DNA from: Candidatus Uhrbacteria bacterium
Lineage (GTDB): Bacteria; Patescibacteriota; Patescibacteriia; UBA9934; GWF2-40-263
Assembly (NCBI GenBank): GCA_026395055.1
Contig: JAPLZK010000003.1
Span: forward strand, 173,987-237,986
Length of the DNA: 64,000 bases
Direction of reading: 5' to 3'
The position numbers and the translations under genes were made by a program. How positions within the stretch are numbered: position 1 is the first letter of the stretch; every line of letters starts with the position of its first letter. The notes under the pieces were generated by a model, which was given only the letters and a program-made list of their open reading frames with translations, searched no databases and was not told the DNA's origin. Below are positions 29,414 to 39,016 of the stretch, piece after piece.

Positions 29414-30010
29414 ATGCGCCAAAAGATTCTCGCAATTCTCTTTATCCTCTGCGTATTCGCCCTTATTGTCGCGAACCGTTTTGATTTTACGGAACAAGTT
29501 ACCGCAAAGGTTTCTCGTGATACGGGAACAAGCTATTCCATTGGACACGTTTTTCGTCGAGGGGAAACCATCCATACGAGTAAGGGCGAGTTTGTCGAAC
29601 TATTTATTGGTGGAATGGTTGTTATTGATCTCGACGAGAATACAAACCTGGAGCTCAAGTCGCTTGCGAGAAATGCTGTTCGCGTCGGATTTGGACACGG
29701 ACGCATTCTCGTAAACCTTACGAACAATGATGGTGGCAATCTGGAAGTCGACACTCCAACCGCACAGCATCAACTCGTTGGTCGCGCCTCATTCATTGGC
29801 TACGACTTCAAACACGAAACAAGCGTGATCCCACTGTTTCTCTTGAACACCGGAAGTATTCACACAACTATTCCCCTTCTCAATCAAACATTCGAGCTCA
29901 CATCACCAATGACGATTCACGATGTGAATCCTCCAACCGTCGAGGAGATCACGTTCGATGAGAAAACAGACGCGCGAGCAGAATTTTATTTGTGGGCGGC
30001 AGGAAAATAA
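29414..30010 (+). CDS. Hypothetical membrane-anchored protein
   Basis: N-terminal TM/signal anchor (ILAILFILCVFALIVA); no recognisable domain. Confidence 0.45.
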   Translation: MRQKILAILFILCVFALIVANRFDFTEQVTAKVSRDTGTSYSIGHVFRRGETIHTSKGEFVELFIGGMVVIDLDENTNLELKSLARNAVRVGFGHGRILVNLTNNDGGNLEVDTPTAQHQLVGRASFIGYDFKHETSVIPLFLLNTGSIHTTIPLLNQTFELTSPMTIHDVNPPTVEEITFDEKTDARAEFYLWAAGK

Positions 30011-30038
30011 AAAACCCGACCAGTTGGTCGAGCGAGTC

Positions 30039-31055
30039 CTAGACGAGATGCATGGAATTTACGACTTCGACGATGATGTCTTCTTCGATCGGAAAGTCGC
30101 CGTATTGATCGATGATGGCAACTGCTGTGCCTTCGATCACGAAAATGATTGGGTCGCGCGAGAGATCCGGATGTTTTGTTTCCTTTTCCACGTTCGCATC
30201 ATGAATCCCCATGAGGATGTCCACAATGTTTTGGCGAAAATGAATCGCCTCCGGAACCACAGCCACATGAAGCGGCATACGTGCGCGTTCCGTTGCGACA
30301 AGGCGCTCCTGAACGTTCGCAGGCGGAATCGGGAGCACAATCTGCACATCCGTTCCATTTGCGGGTTCATGATAGTTGGGCCAGAAGTTCTGGAACAAGC
30401 GATCAGTGCCACGATCATTTGTGACGGATCTCTGTACGTATCTGAGAACCTCATCGCGTTTTGCTTTCACGTCAGTGTCAAAAAAAACGCTCAAAAGCCA
30501 GATAAAAATACCGAGAGCCGGAAGCAAACCCCAGAAAAACCACGAACTTGCAAAAATACCCCAAAGAATCGTCAGTACTGTGAACGCACCCCAAATGCTC
30601 CACCATTTTTTCAAGAATGCGCTCTGCTTCACTTCAGCGTCTTTGAGCGCAGAGGCCTCCGCATCTTTGACGTAGAATTCTCCGCTCATACGCACAACGT
30701 CGCCCCGCGTTACGAAACGATACAACTTGGCACTGTCGCAAATGCGTTCCCACGCCTTGAGTGGAATCGTCGCGACCGGCACAATGTCGACGCGTTTCAG
30801 ACGTTCGAGGACAAGCCCGCGATCCGCGCGATAGCGCAGAAGCCGCTCTTGGCGTTTTGCGGCGTCCTCATCGATGATTGCATCACGCGCTGCATTGCTT
30901 GCCACACGCATACCGCCAATGATTCGAAAACGTTTTGGCGCAACGCCGAGCTCTGTGAGAGCGGAGACGTTCTGTTCACCCTCGCCCAATTCCCAGGCAA
31001 CCGAACTCTCGACCGCCTGATCAAGCAAAGCCAGATTGGTCTTTCTTGCAGTCAT
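30039..31055 (-). CDS. Hypothetical membrane protein (two central TM helices)
   Basis: Protein-like composition with a TM hairpin (WWSIWGAFTVLTILWGIFASSWFFWGLLPALGIFIWLLSVFF). A GGAGA ribosome-binding site precedes the ATG at 31055. The fully overlapping + strand ORF has an antisense-like composition. Confidence 0.5.
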   Translation of the reverse strand: MTARKTNLALLDQAVESSVAWELGEGEQNVSALTELGVAPKRFRIIGGMRVASNAARDAIIDEDAAKRQERLLRYRADRGLVLERLKRVDIVPVATIPLKAWERICDSAKLYRFVTRGDVVRMSGEFYVKDAEASALKDAEVKQSAFLKKWWSIWGAFTVLTILWGIFASSWFFWGLLPALGIFIWLLSVFFDTDVKAKRDEVLRYVQRSVTNDRGTDRLFQNFWPNYHEPANGTDVQIVLPIPPANVQERLVATERARMPLHVAVVPEAIHFRQNIVDILMGIHDANVEKETKHPDLSRDPIIFVIEGTAVAIIDQYGDFPIEEDIIVEVVNSMHLV

Positions 31056-31170
31056 GGTTTTCTCCTTCTTCCTGATCTTTTTTGAACCCACAATTCTCTT
31101 CCTCCAATCATAGAGGAACGTTTCCTCGTGAGCTATCCTTGCAGAAAAAAATTAAAATGTCAATGAATAC

Positions 31171-31201
31171 AAAAACCATCAACGATTCGTTGATGGTTTT
31201 T
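31171..31201. terminator. Rho-independent terminator downstream of mnmA (stem AACCATCAACG/CGTTGATGGTT flanked by A/T runs)
   Basis: 11-bp inverted repeat with flanking homopolymer runs. Confidence 0.65.
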
Positions 31202-32339
31202 AATCAATAATTCCTCCGCCAATCATTTCGTCACCAATGTAGAAGACGATTGATTGTCCTGGAGTAACCGCGCGCTGTGGTTCGTTAAACACCACATGAA
31301 CCTGTTCTTCGCCACCAGAGGTCACAAGACACTTCTGCACGGGCTGGCGATGACGTAGACGCGCTTCACACACAATTGGATACACAGGATCTTTAAACCA
31401 ATTCAACTGTGATGCAGTTAATTCCTTCTTGAACAACGCGGGATGAAAGTTGCTGCCGACCACAATCTCGTTTGTCTCGCGACGTTTCTCGACAACGTAG
31501 TACGGATCGCCGCCGCCGATGTCCAGTCCGTGACGTTGGCCGATCGTGTAAAAGTTGATGCCAATATGTTTGCCGATAACTTTTCCGTCGGTCGTCACAA
31601 CATTTCCTGACTCTTCTTTCATGCGAGCTTTCAAAAACTCACGCATATCGACTTCGCCAACAAAACAAATTCCCGTTGAATCCTTCTTTGTTGCGACCTC
31701 AAGGTTGTGCTTTGCCGCGATCTCCCGAACAGCCGGCTTCTCGAGGTGCCCGATTGGAAACAAGACGCGAGGAATCACTGCTTTGTTGATCGCCCAGAGA
31801 AAATAGGTTTGATCTTTGTTTGGGTCGACCCCTTTTAAAATGCGACCACCCCCTGCCCCCTCCTTGGTAAGGAGGGGGTTCTCCGTGCGAGCGTAGTGAC
31901 CTGTGGCGATGAACTCACAACCGAGTTTATCTGCTTCTTTCAAAAAAAGATCGAACTTCATGTAGCGGTTACACATGACATCCGGATTTGGTGTGCGACC
32001 AGCTTCGAACTCGCGAAACATATATTCAACAACGTCACGTCGATATTCTGCTTCGAAGTCAAATGTCAAAAATGGAATCCCAAGCTGTGCAGCAACGCGC
32101 ATCGCATCTCTGCGTTCTGTCTTCCATCCACATTCCTCAAAAGACGTTCCAATGCGATCCGTTCCTTTCACCTCTGGTCCATTTACATCACCCGACCAAT
32201 TCTTCATAAACGCCCCAATCACTTCATATCCGGCTTCCAACAACAAAACCGCGGACACACTTGAGTCCACGCCGCCAGACATTCCAAGAAGTACTCTTCG
32301 ACTTCGCTCAGGATTTTCAACTTTAGGCTTGTCGTTCAT
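31200..32339 (-). CDS. mnmA: tRNA-specific 2-thiouridylase MnmA
   Basis: PP-loop LLGMSGGVDSSVSA and catalytic Cys residues; 379 aa. Confidence 0.95.
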   Translation of the reverse strand: MNDKPKVENPERSRRVLLGMSGGVDSSVSAVLLLEAGYEVIGAFMKNWSGDVNGPEVKGTDRIGTSFEECGWKTERRDAMRVAAQLGIPFLTFDFEAEYRRDVVEYMFREFEAGRTPNPDVMCNRYMKFDLFLKEADKLGCEFIATGHYARTENPLLTKEGAGGGRILKGVDPNKDQTYFLWAINKAVIPRVLFPIGHLEKPAVREIAAKHNLEVATKKDSTGICFVGEVDMREFLKARMKEESGNVVTTDGKVIGKHIGINFYTIGQRHGLDIGGGDPYYVVEKRRETNEIVVGSNFHPALFKKELTASQLNWFKDPVYPIVCEARLRHRQPVQKCLVTSGGEEQVHVVFNEPQRAVTPGQSIVFYIGDEMIGGGIID

Positions 32340-32397
32340 AGAAAGCAGATGCTATCAGATAAGAGCTCTTCGATCAAGAGTCGATCTGTGTTAAAAT

Positions 32398-32817
32398 ATG
32401 ATTACTATGAAACTCAAAAAACATCTAAAAGAGAATGTACTTAAGAATCTTGTTGTCATTCTTGCGACATTCGCCTTTTATCCGTTCCTAAAAAACGCGC
32501 TCGATGAAGTAAATTCTGCACAAGCAGGAAATTTACTTATGGTCATCAGTATGTTTCTTGTTACGGTATGTTTTGCCAACTTTGAATTCACCTACGAAAA
32601 AAGCCAGATGGACAACAAGCTCGGTAAATGGCTCGCAACTGGATCCACAGCCATTTTTATGTTCCTAATTGCGATCATGCTCGAAATCATTGTCATCATC
32701 ATCCGTACGGTTTATCCATCTCTCTTTGGCATCTTCTTTGTTATCTCCGCTCTACTCTATTTGAGTATTGTTATTTACGACTTCTGGGATTTGATTCAAT
32801 CCAGCTCACGACGCTAA
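32398..32817 (+). CDS. Small hypothetical membrane protein (4 TM)
   Basis: Hydrophobic helices only; no homology recognised. Confidence 0.4.
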   Translation: MITMKLKKHLKENVLKNLVVILATFAFYPFLKNALDEVNSAQAGNLLMVISMFLVTVCFANFEFTYEKSQMDNKLGKWLATGSTAIFMFLIAIMLEIIVIIIRTVYPSLFGIFFVISALLYLSIVIYDFWDLIQSSSRR

Positions 32818-34118
32818 AGAAGTTCGTTCAGTGTTTCTACATCTTCACGCAGCACAAAGAAATCCGTAAAGCGGATTTTTTCGTTGTATTTTTTCAACAG
32901 GTCTGAGTATTCCATCATTGGCACGTACTCGACACCATGCAAAACCTTCTTGGCCACAAAAATTGGCTGCATGCCTTCTTTTTTTTCGCCAAGCTGTGTG
33001 AGTCGGTTTCCAACAGAGTGCGTGAAGTAGCGGATATGATTCTTTTCACAAAGCTCTGTGAGTTCTTCAAGGGTGTTTCGATCTACTTCAACCTGATCTT
33101 GCAAACGCAACACACGACGTGCGGGTTCACGACGCATCAGATGTCCGCTCCAGTAATTCTTTTCTTTCTTTGCGGCTTCAAACATCATCTCAATGACTGC
33201 ACCATCTCTCAGATCTGCATACTCATACGGATCCGTTGGAATCTCTAACGTAATTTCTTTCGAGAGAATCGCTTGTTCAAGATAATGTGTGAATCCGGCT
33301 TTTGTTTTGTGATAATAAACTTGGTCGATCATGTGATAACGCGCGAGAAGAAAATCTTCAAACGCACGCACACCATTCTCGGTTAACGTAAAGATGAGCT
33401 CTCCCTCTTGCTCCACAATCCCCATCGAGGAAATAAGCCAATCGAGGTCGTAATTCCCATACGCAACACCACAATAATAACTATCGCGCAAAAGGTAATC
33501 CATGCGATCACAATCGACTTCACCGGAGATAAGACCTTTGAGAACTCTGTGCAAACTCGGAATACGAATCATGAGATTTTCAAAGAAGTGCGATGGCTTC
33601 ACACCTCCATGCACAAGGGACGCGACGTCTTGTGCAAACGCGCGATCCAGAACGTCTTCATCCGCGAGTGTTTGGATCATAAGCACACTGTAATCTTCGT
33701 GTGCGGCGCGACGCTTTTCCGGTCCATGCTTCCACCACGTCCAATCAAGGGGAAGATCGTTAAAGTTTGGAAAGACCACTTCGGACGCGTGTGAGAATGG
33801 ACCGTGACCGATATCATGCAACATGCCGGCCATGCGCACCATTTGTCCAAGCGCGTTTATTTCATCGTTCTGCAAACGTTCACGCGGAATGCGTGAGCTT
33901 GTAATGAAACGACCAAACAGACGACCCGCAACATGCATGGCGCCAAGACAATGCTCAAAACGATTGTGGACCCCTCCTGGGTACACGTACGACTGCAAAA
34001 ATCCCAATTGGCTTATGAAGCGTAATCGTTGAAAAAACGGATGGTCAATGACAGATTTTTCAAACGCATTAAATGTAATACGTTTGTGAATCGGATCGCG
34101 CAGTTCAAATTCGGCCAT
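32814..34118 (-). CDS. HD-domain phosphohydrolase of the dGTPase/SAMHD1-like dNTP triphosphohydrolase family
   Basis: HNRFEHCLGAMHVAGRL ... MLHDIGHGPFSH motifs. Confidence 0.75.
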   Translation of the reverse strand: MAEFELRDPIHKRITFNAFEKSVIDHPFFQRLRFISQLGFLQSYVYPGGVHNRFEHCLGAMHVAGRLFGRFITSSRIPRERLQNDEINALGQMVRMAGMLHDIGHGPFSHASEVVFPNFNDLPLDWTWWKHGPEKRRAAHEDYSVLMIQTLADEDVLDRAFAQDVASLVHGGVKPSHFFENLMIRIPSLHRVLKGLISGEVDCDRMDYLLRDSYYCGVAYGNYDLDWLISSMGIVEQEGELIFTLTENGVRAFEDFLLARYHMIDQVYYHKTKAGFTHYLEQAILSKEITLEIPTDPYEYADLRDGAVIEMMFEAAKKEKNYWSGHLMRREPARRVLRLQDQVEVDRNTLEELTELCEKNHIRYFTHSVGNRLTQLGEKKEGMQPIFVAKKVLHGVEYVPMMEYSDLLKKYNEKIRFTDFFVLREDVETLNELL

Positions 34119-34127
34119 ACAAAAAGA

Positions 34128-34787
34128 TTAGTTCAAAGGAAGCTGTAGAATCAGATCTTGCATCAAAGCTGGATCTTTATCAAACATGGATGTTCCGTGC
34201 CCTAAACTATTCTTCTCGATCCAGATTGTTTGTGAGGGATTTAGTCTGTGAAGTTCCATACAGCTTACAGCGGACTCTCGATCGTCATCATCTGAGGAAA
34301 CAAGAACTACACGTTGACCCTCATGAAGCTGCGTAATGAATCCATCTGTCTTCACACCACGATAATTCAGCCCCGGTGATAAAGCGATCACAAACGGAAT
34401 CTGTGCATGCTCAAACGCAAATTGAATCGCAAGATTCGCCCCAATGGACGCACCAATGACAATAATTTGAGATTCCTCGAATCCATGTTGCTGCAAAAAG
34501 TGAAATGCCGCCTCGACATCTAGAATCTTTGCTTGCTGCTCTGCCTCTGTAAATTTTTTATAATCAAGTTTCCCTCTCATGATACTTTCTCCATGCCCGC
34601 GCTCATCAATCGCGACCGATGTATACCCTGCTTTTTCTAGTTCATTCGAGAAATTATTCCAACTTTCTTTTACAGCTGGCATCATGTGTAACAAAATCAC
34701 CGCACCACGAGGATTCTCGGGGGTGCGGTAGATTCCGGCAATATCAATACCATCGGCAGTTCTTATTGTGATATGTTCCTGATCCAT
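34128..34787 (-). CDS. Alpha/beta hydrolase
   Basis: VILLHMMP..., nucleophile elbow GASIGA, C-terminal Asp/His region; 219 aa. Confidence 0.75.
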   Translation of the reverse strand: MDQEHITIRTADGIDIAGIYRTPENPRGAVILLHMMPAVKESWNNFSNELEKAGYTSVAIDERGHGESIMRGKLDYKKFTEAEQQAKILDVEAAFHFLQQHGFEESQIIVIGASIGANLAIQFAFEHAQIPFVIALSPGLNYRGVKTDGFITQLHEGQRVVLVSSDDDDRESAVSCMELHRLNPSQTIWIEKNSLGHGTSMFDKDPALMQDLILQLPLN

Positions 34788-34788
34788 A

Positions 34789-37293
34789 TCAATCGAATTT
34801 TACGCTTTGTCCTACGTGCAACTTTCCAGATGTTGGTTGTTCAGGTGATTTCTCTGCGGGTTTTTCTACTGGTACCTCGACCGGTTTCGTATCAGGCGGT
34901 GGCACAACAATAGGTTCTGTGACAATCGGAGCGTGTGGAACTTCAACCCTTGGCTCTTGTCGCTCTGGTCGTTTTTGTTCTTGAAGAGATTTTAAGGAAA
35001 TAGTTTGTCCGGTTTGTGATAGTTGTGTGGTGATTTCACGGCGAACTTCTTGTGCTCGTGTATCAGAAATACGTTCAGATGCTCGAGGTGTTCCAGGTGA
35101 ATGAGCACTGGACTGCGGAGATTCTAAGCCAGTTCCTGTTTTCTTTTTGCGTTTACGCTTGCGTTTGCGTTTTTCTCCTTCGAGGACGGGGGCAGCCGAA
35201 TGTGGCGCTTGAGGCTCATTCGTTGTTTGTGAAGGAACGCGCGACAAATTCCCCATCGGTCGAACGGGTGTTGTTATGGGCGGAGACACTTGACCCCGCG
35301 CTGGAACGAGCGGTTGCGATTGCGGCTTTGATTCTTGAGGAACTCGAATTACAGGTTCGCTAGGCGTGTTTACAACAACAGGTTTTTGTTCAACACGAAC
35401 AACAGGCACTGGAATAATTGGTGCCTCGACAACAAGTTTTGGTTCTGGTTGAACAGGAGTTGGTTGTGATAATTCTGGTTTTGGAACAGATTCGACGACA
35501 GGTTGCGGTTTTGGCGCAACAACCACGGGTTCGGATCTTCTTTGTTCCATTGGTTGCGCGGTTGCGACGGGTTTTTGTTCCGGAATCTTTTCGTTCATCT
35601 GAGGTTCCTCTACAACAACCACCTCTACAGGCTTTGGCATGAGTGTTGAAAGAGAAATGGTTGGTTCGTCTGGTAACTTATGATCTTCAACTTCCTGAAC
35701 TTCCGATGAACGCATCTCACGAGGAGATGCTTCTTTGACAGGAACCTTTGGTGGAAGATTGCGTGTATCTGCTGGCTTACCCCCCGTTTTTCCTCCACGA
35801 TTATTCTTTTCCTCACGCACAATCTCAATACAATCTTCACAGTAAATTGGACGTGAGCGATCAAGTTCTACAGGCAAAACCATTTTTTTGCCGCAACGCG
35901 AACAATCATATTCAAATTTTGGCTTCTTTGCGTCCTTTGCTGCCACCTTGTCTGTTTTCTTTTTTTCTTCCGCTTCTGCAAGCATGGTATCAACATCCAT
36001 GTTTCCCATTCCGCTCCACGTCAAAATTTGTTCTTCAATAAATCCACGTTCTTTTGCGTAACGTTCTCGAGAAACTTTAATGACACGCTCTTCTGAATCT
36101 GTCTTTTGAGAAATTGGCGGAAGCGTGATGGCAGAAAACGGCTGACTTGTTACTCCGTTGATGAGCAACTTTAAGTACACGTTATATTTTGGAAGATTGA
36201 TAATGTCTTCTGGTAAAAAACGTGGGGCAAATTCTGTTTCCATGTACTTTGCGTCCGGAGAACCCACACGAAACGAAATAATTGTTCCGACGTTACCAAA
36301 AACCGCTTCACGCACTTCATCTGTAAGCTGCGCAATGTACTGGTGAGCAATGGTTAAACACAAACGATACTTACGTGCCTCAGACAAAATCCCAGCAAAA
36401 GAATCCACAGCAAAGTTTTGGAACTCATCAACGTACAAGTAAAAGTCCATACGGTCTTTTTCTTGCATGTCTACACGTTCCATGGCGGACAATTGCAATT
36501 TCGTAATCAACAGTCCTCCAAGTAAACGAGAACTATCTTCTCCAATACGTCCCTTGGAAAGGTTAACGATGAAAATCTTTCCAGAGTCCATGATTTCACG
36601 AATGTTGATACTGGATTTCACCTGCGCAACAATGTTTCTGATCACAGAAGCAGACAAAAACTGTCCAATCTTGTTTTGGATTGGAGCCACAGCCTCCTGC
36701 GCGTATTTTTCATTATACGAAGCAAACTCTCTCAACCAGAATTGTTTCACCACAGGATCCGTCACATTCGAAACAATACGCTTGCGATAATCTGCATCTG
36801 ACAACATGCGGTTGATTCCAAGCAGCGTTGATCCTTGGTTATCAAGCAATGCGAGAATCGTGTTGTTCAAAATGTACTCCATACGGGACGACCATTGGTC
36901 TTCCCAAATCTTTTTGAAAACTCCCATCATTCCACTTGCGACCAAGTGTTTATGTCGTTCAGAGACGGCCTCCAGGATATTAAATCCAACCGGATATTCC
37001 GCGTCAGATGGATTGAAGTACACAACATCGTTAATGCGCCAGCTTGGAATGTAATTGATGAGCTTTTCTGCCGTGTCTCCGTGAGGATCCACGTAACAAC
37101 AACCGTGTCCTGCGTAAATATCAGAAAGGGTGAGGTTCTCAAGGAGAACCGTCTTTCCCATACCTGTTTTTCCAATCACATACACATGTCGACGGCGATC
37201 GTCGGTTTTGATTCCAAATTTCGTCATCGCATTTCGGAAGTTTGTCTTCGCAAAATAGTTGACCTCGTTTTCATGTTCGTGATTGTAGCCCAT
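34789..37293 (-). CDS. VirD4/TraD/HerA-like (FtsK-HerA superfamily, T4 coupling-protein-like) ATPase with a C-terminal zinc ribbon and a long disordered Pro/Val/Glu-rich tail
   Basis: Walker A VIGKTGMGKT, Walker B LYVDEFQNF, and a TrwB/TraD-like C-terminal AAD motif (VFGNVGTIISFRVGSPDAKYMETEF). Zinc ribbon CSRCGKK...CEDC at about aa 460-480. A tail of roughly 350 aa rich in P/V/E/K with a KRKRKRKRKKK run. Confidence 0.7.
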   Translation of the reverse strand: MGYNHEHENEVNYFAKTNFRNAMTKFGIKTDDRRRHVYVIGKTGMGKTVLLENLTLSDIYAGHGCCYVDPHGDTAEKLINYIPSWRINDVVYFNPSDAEYPVGFNILEAVSERHKHLVASGMMGVFKKIWEDQWSSRMEYILNNTILALLDNQGSTLLGINRMLSDADYRKRIVSNVTDPVVKQFWLREFASYNEKYAQEAVAPIQNKIGQFLSASVIRNIVAQVKSSINIREIMDSGKIFIVNLSKGRIGEDSSRLLGGLLITKLQLSAMERVDMQEKDRMDFYLYVDEFQNFAVDSFAGILSEARKYRLCLTIAHQYIAQLTDEVREAVFGNVGTIISFRVGSPDAKYMETEFAPRFLPEDIINLPKYNVYLKLLINGVTSQPFSAITLPPISQKTDSEERVIKVSRERYAKERGFIEEQILTWSGMGNMDVDTMLAEAEEKKKTDKVAAKDAKKPKFEYDCSRCGKKMVLPVELDRSRPIYCEDCIEIVREEKNNRGGKTGGKPADTRNLPPKVPVKEASPREMRSSEVQEVEDHKLPDEPTISLSTLMPKPVEVVVVEEPQMNEKIPEQKPVATAQPMEQRRSEPVVVAPKPQPVVESVPKPELSQPTPVQPEPKLVVEAPIIPVPVVRVEQKPVVVNTPSEPVIRVPQESKPQSQPLVPARGQVSPPITTPVRPMGNLSRVPSQTTNEPQAPHSAAPVLEGEKRKRKRKRKKKTGTGLESPQSSAHSPGTPRASERISDTRAQEVRREITTQLSQTGQTISLKSLQEQKRPERQEPRVEVPHAPIVTEPIVVPPPDTKPVEVPVEKPAEKSPEQPTSGKLHVGQSVKFD

Positions 37294-37308
37294 AACGTAA
37301 GGTGAGGA

Positions 37309-38934
37309 TCAAACAGGAAGATCAGGTGGGGTAAATAATTCTTCGTCAGATGCGTCTGCGGGAGACGTATCCCCGAAACGACCTTTTGGTAAAAAGGCCT
37401 CTGCGTCTTCATGTTCTATGTCTGTAGGTGCTTTCAAGTGTGGAAGTGTTTCCGGTAATGGTTCTTTTGAAGTGACATATGTTCCTGCAAGACGAGATTC
37501 CGCAGATTCGTGATGTTCCATTGGCATTCCGCCTGGAAGAGGAAATTCATTATCCCCCGCTCCAGGCAACGTGTTCTCCAAGAATGTTGTTGGCAATCCA
37601 ACAGGAGGTTCTGCACGACGTGCTTCTGATTTCTTGATGAGTGGAGCTTTGATACTGATCGTTGGAAAATGCCAAAGCGTTGCCAACTCTTCTGCATTCA
37701 AATAAACAGGATTCGCCCCAATTCCCCAACTGCGCCCTTGAAACGCCTTCATGAGGATTGTTTGTTTTTTTTCATAATCCCACTTCTGCCAGAAGTAATC
37801 ATCCTTTGGAACAGAGGGACCATGCATCTTAAATGAATTCAAGTTCAAGTGAGAATACTGGTTCAAAATTCCCTTAATGATGGTTACACGATCTCCTTTT
37901 TTATAAACTGCCTTTTGCGCGCAATACACAATACGAATCTTCACGGCATGTCCAACCTTTATGGTTTTCTTCATGATGGCCTTTGCTTCATCTTGTTGTG
38001 CGGGACCAAGTTTAAATGCTTTCCAGGGATCTGCTTCTTTTGTTGCTTCTGACGCCATTCCAAAAAATGGCGCGAGATCGATTTCCGTAGCGTGAGCAAT
38101 TAATTCAAATGGTAATTTAAAAACAGTTTGTGCTGCAGCAACAAGGTCATTCTTCTTTGCCGCCTTATCTTCAACACCGAACGTTTTGTTTACATGTGCG
38201 ATTCCCGCCTTTTTCCATTCATGACCGGTTGGCTGAATAACCATCTGAAACCAAAAATGCTCCCCCGGTTTCATTTTAGACATTTGTTCGAGCGTGTAAC
38301 CAAGAGGATCTTTAATTTCTCCTGTCATTTGGTCTTCAAAATCCACATACGTTCGAATGGGAAAATGAGATTCCTTGTCTAACGTAAATTCCGCACCCCA
38401 CATGTCATATTTCTCATCGGGAAAGAGTTTTGGAACTTTTGTGACGTAATCATCAACCTCATTCATTTCCGCATCAGGATACTGCGCGTAAATACCTGCC
38501 TCAATGACGTCTCGGAATTTTGCTTGTGTACGAATAATAAACTGCATGTACCCTTCTTCTGAAACAATTTCAAAAGAAAACGTTGGCATGATTTTTCCAT
38601 CAAACCATTTTTCCTTAAATGTAGGACTAGATTTTGCCGCGTACAGTGCCGCAAATAAGTTTTCAAGCGCCTTTGGGGTTTGTTCTGTCATGGACGGAAC
38701 GTCAACCGCAAGACAAATATATTTTTGTTTTGCCGCGAACACTCCTTGTCGTTCTGCAAGCCACAATTCTGAAAAACCCCACAGAAGTGTTGTGAGGACA
38801 GGGATCCAACCAAACCAGACCAAGAGATCAAAAAAAATGACATCAATCGGTTGATTGAGGAAAGAAAGTGAAATCATTGGGACAGATGATTGCGCGGATT
38901 GTTGGATGATCTGAATCGCAAGCATGGGAAACAT
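37309..38934 (-). CDS. Hypothetical membrane protein (N-terminal TM hairpin plus about 450-aa soluble domain and an acidic Pro-rich C-terminus), co-operonic with the VirD4-like ATPase
   Basis: TM segments (VIFFDLLVWFGWIPVLTTLLWGF); no recognisable domain; 15-nt gap to the ATPase gene. Confidence 0.55.
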   Translation of the reverse strand: MFPMLAIQIIQQSAQSSVPMISLSFLNQPIDVIFFDLLVWFGWIPVLTTLLWGFSELWLAERQGVFAAKQKYICLAVDVPSMTEQTPKALENLFAALYAAKSSPTFKEKWFDGKIMPTFSFEIVSEEGYMQFIIRTQAKFRDVIEAGIYAQYPDAEMNEVDDYVTKVPKLFPDEKYDMWGAEFTLDKESHFPIRTYVDFEDQMTGEIKDPLGYTLEQMSKMKPGEHFWFQMVIQPTGHEWKKAGIAHVNKTFGVEDKAAKKNDLVAAAQTVFKLPFELIAHATEIDLAPFFGMASEATKEADPWKAFKLGPAQQDEAKAIMKKTIKVGHAVKIRIVYCAQKAVYKKGDRVTIIKGILNQYSHLNLNSFKMHGPSVPKDDYFWQKWDYEKKQTILMKAFQGRSWGIGANPVYLNAEELATLWHFPTISIKAPLIKKSEARRAEPPVGLPTTFLENTLPGAGDNEFPLPGGMPMEHHESAESRLAGTYVTSKEPLPETLPHLKAPTDIEHEDAEAFLPKGRFGDTSPADASDEELFTPPDLPV

Positions 38935-38967
38935 ATCGAGAACAGTATAGCAGGTAAAAGCGCAAAT

Positions 38968-39007
38968 AAAAAATCTCGAATTTCATAGAGGAGATTCGAG
39001 ATTTTAT
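38968..39007 (-). terminator. Rho-independent terminator after secF (stem AATCTCGAAT/ATTCGAGATT followed by a U-run on the minus strand)
   Basis: 10-bp inverted repeat at 38971..38980 and 38995..39004, with an A-run on the + strand at 38967..38972. Confidence 0.6.
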
Positions 39008-39016
39008 CTGATACAT

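Noticed and set aside
29958-31085. 375-aa + strand ORF
   Set aside because: It is fully antisense to a protein-like minus strand gene that has TM helices and a ribosome-binding site. The product is Arg/His/Cys/Asn-rich with no motifs, so it was treated as an antisense shadow.
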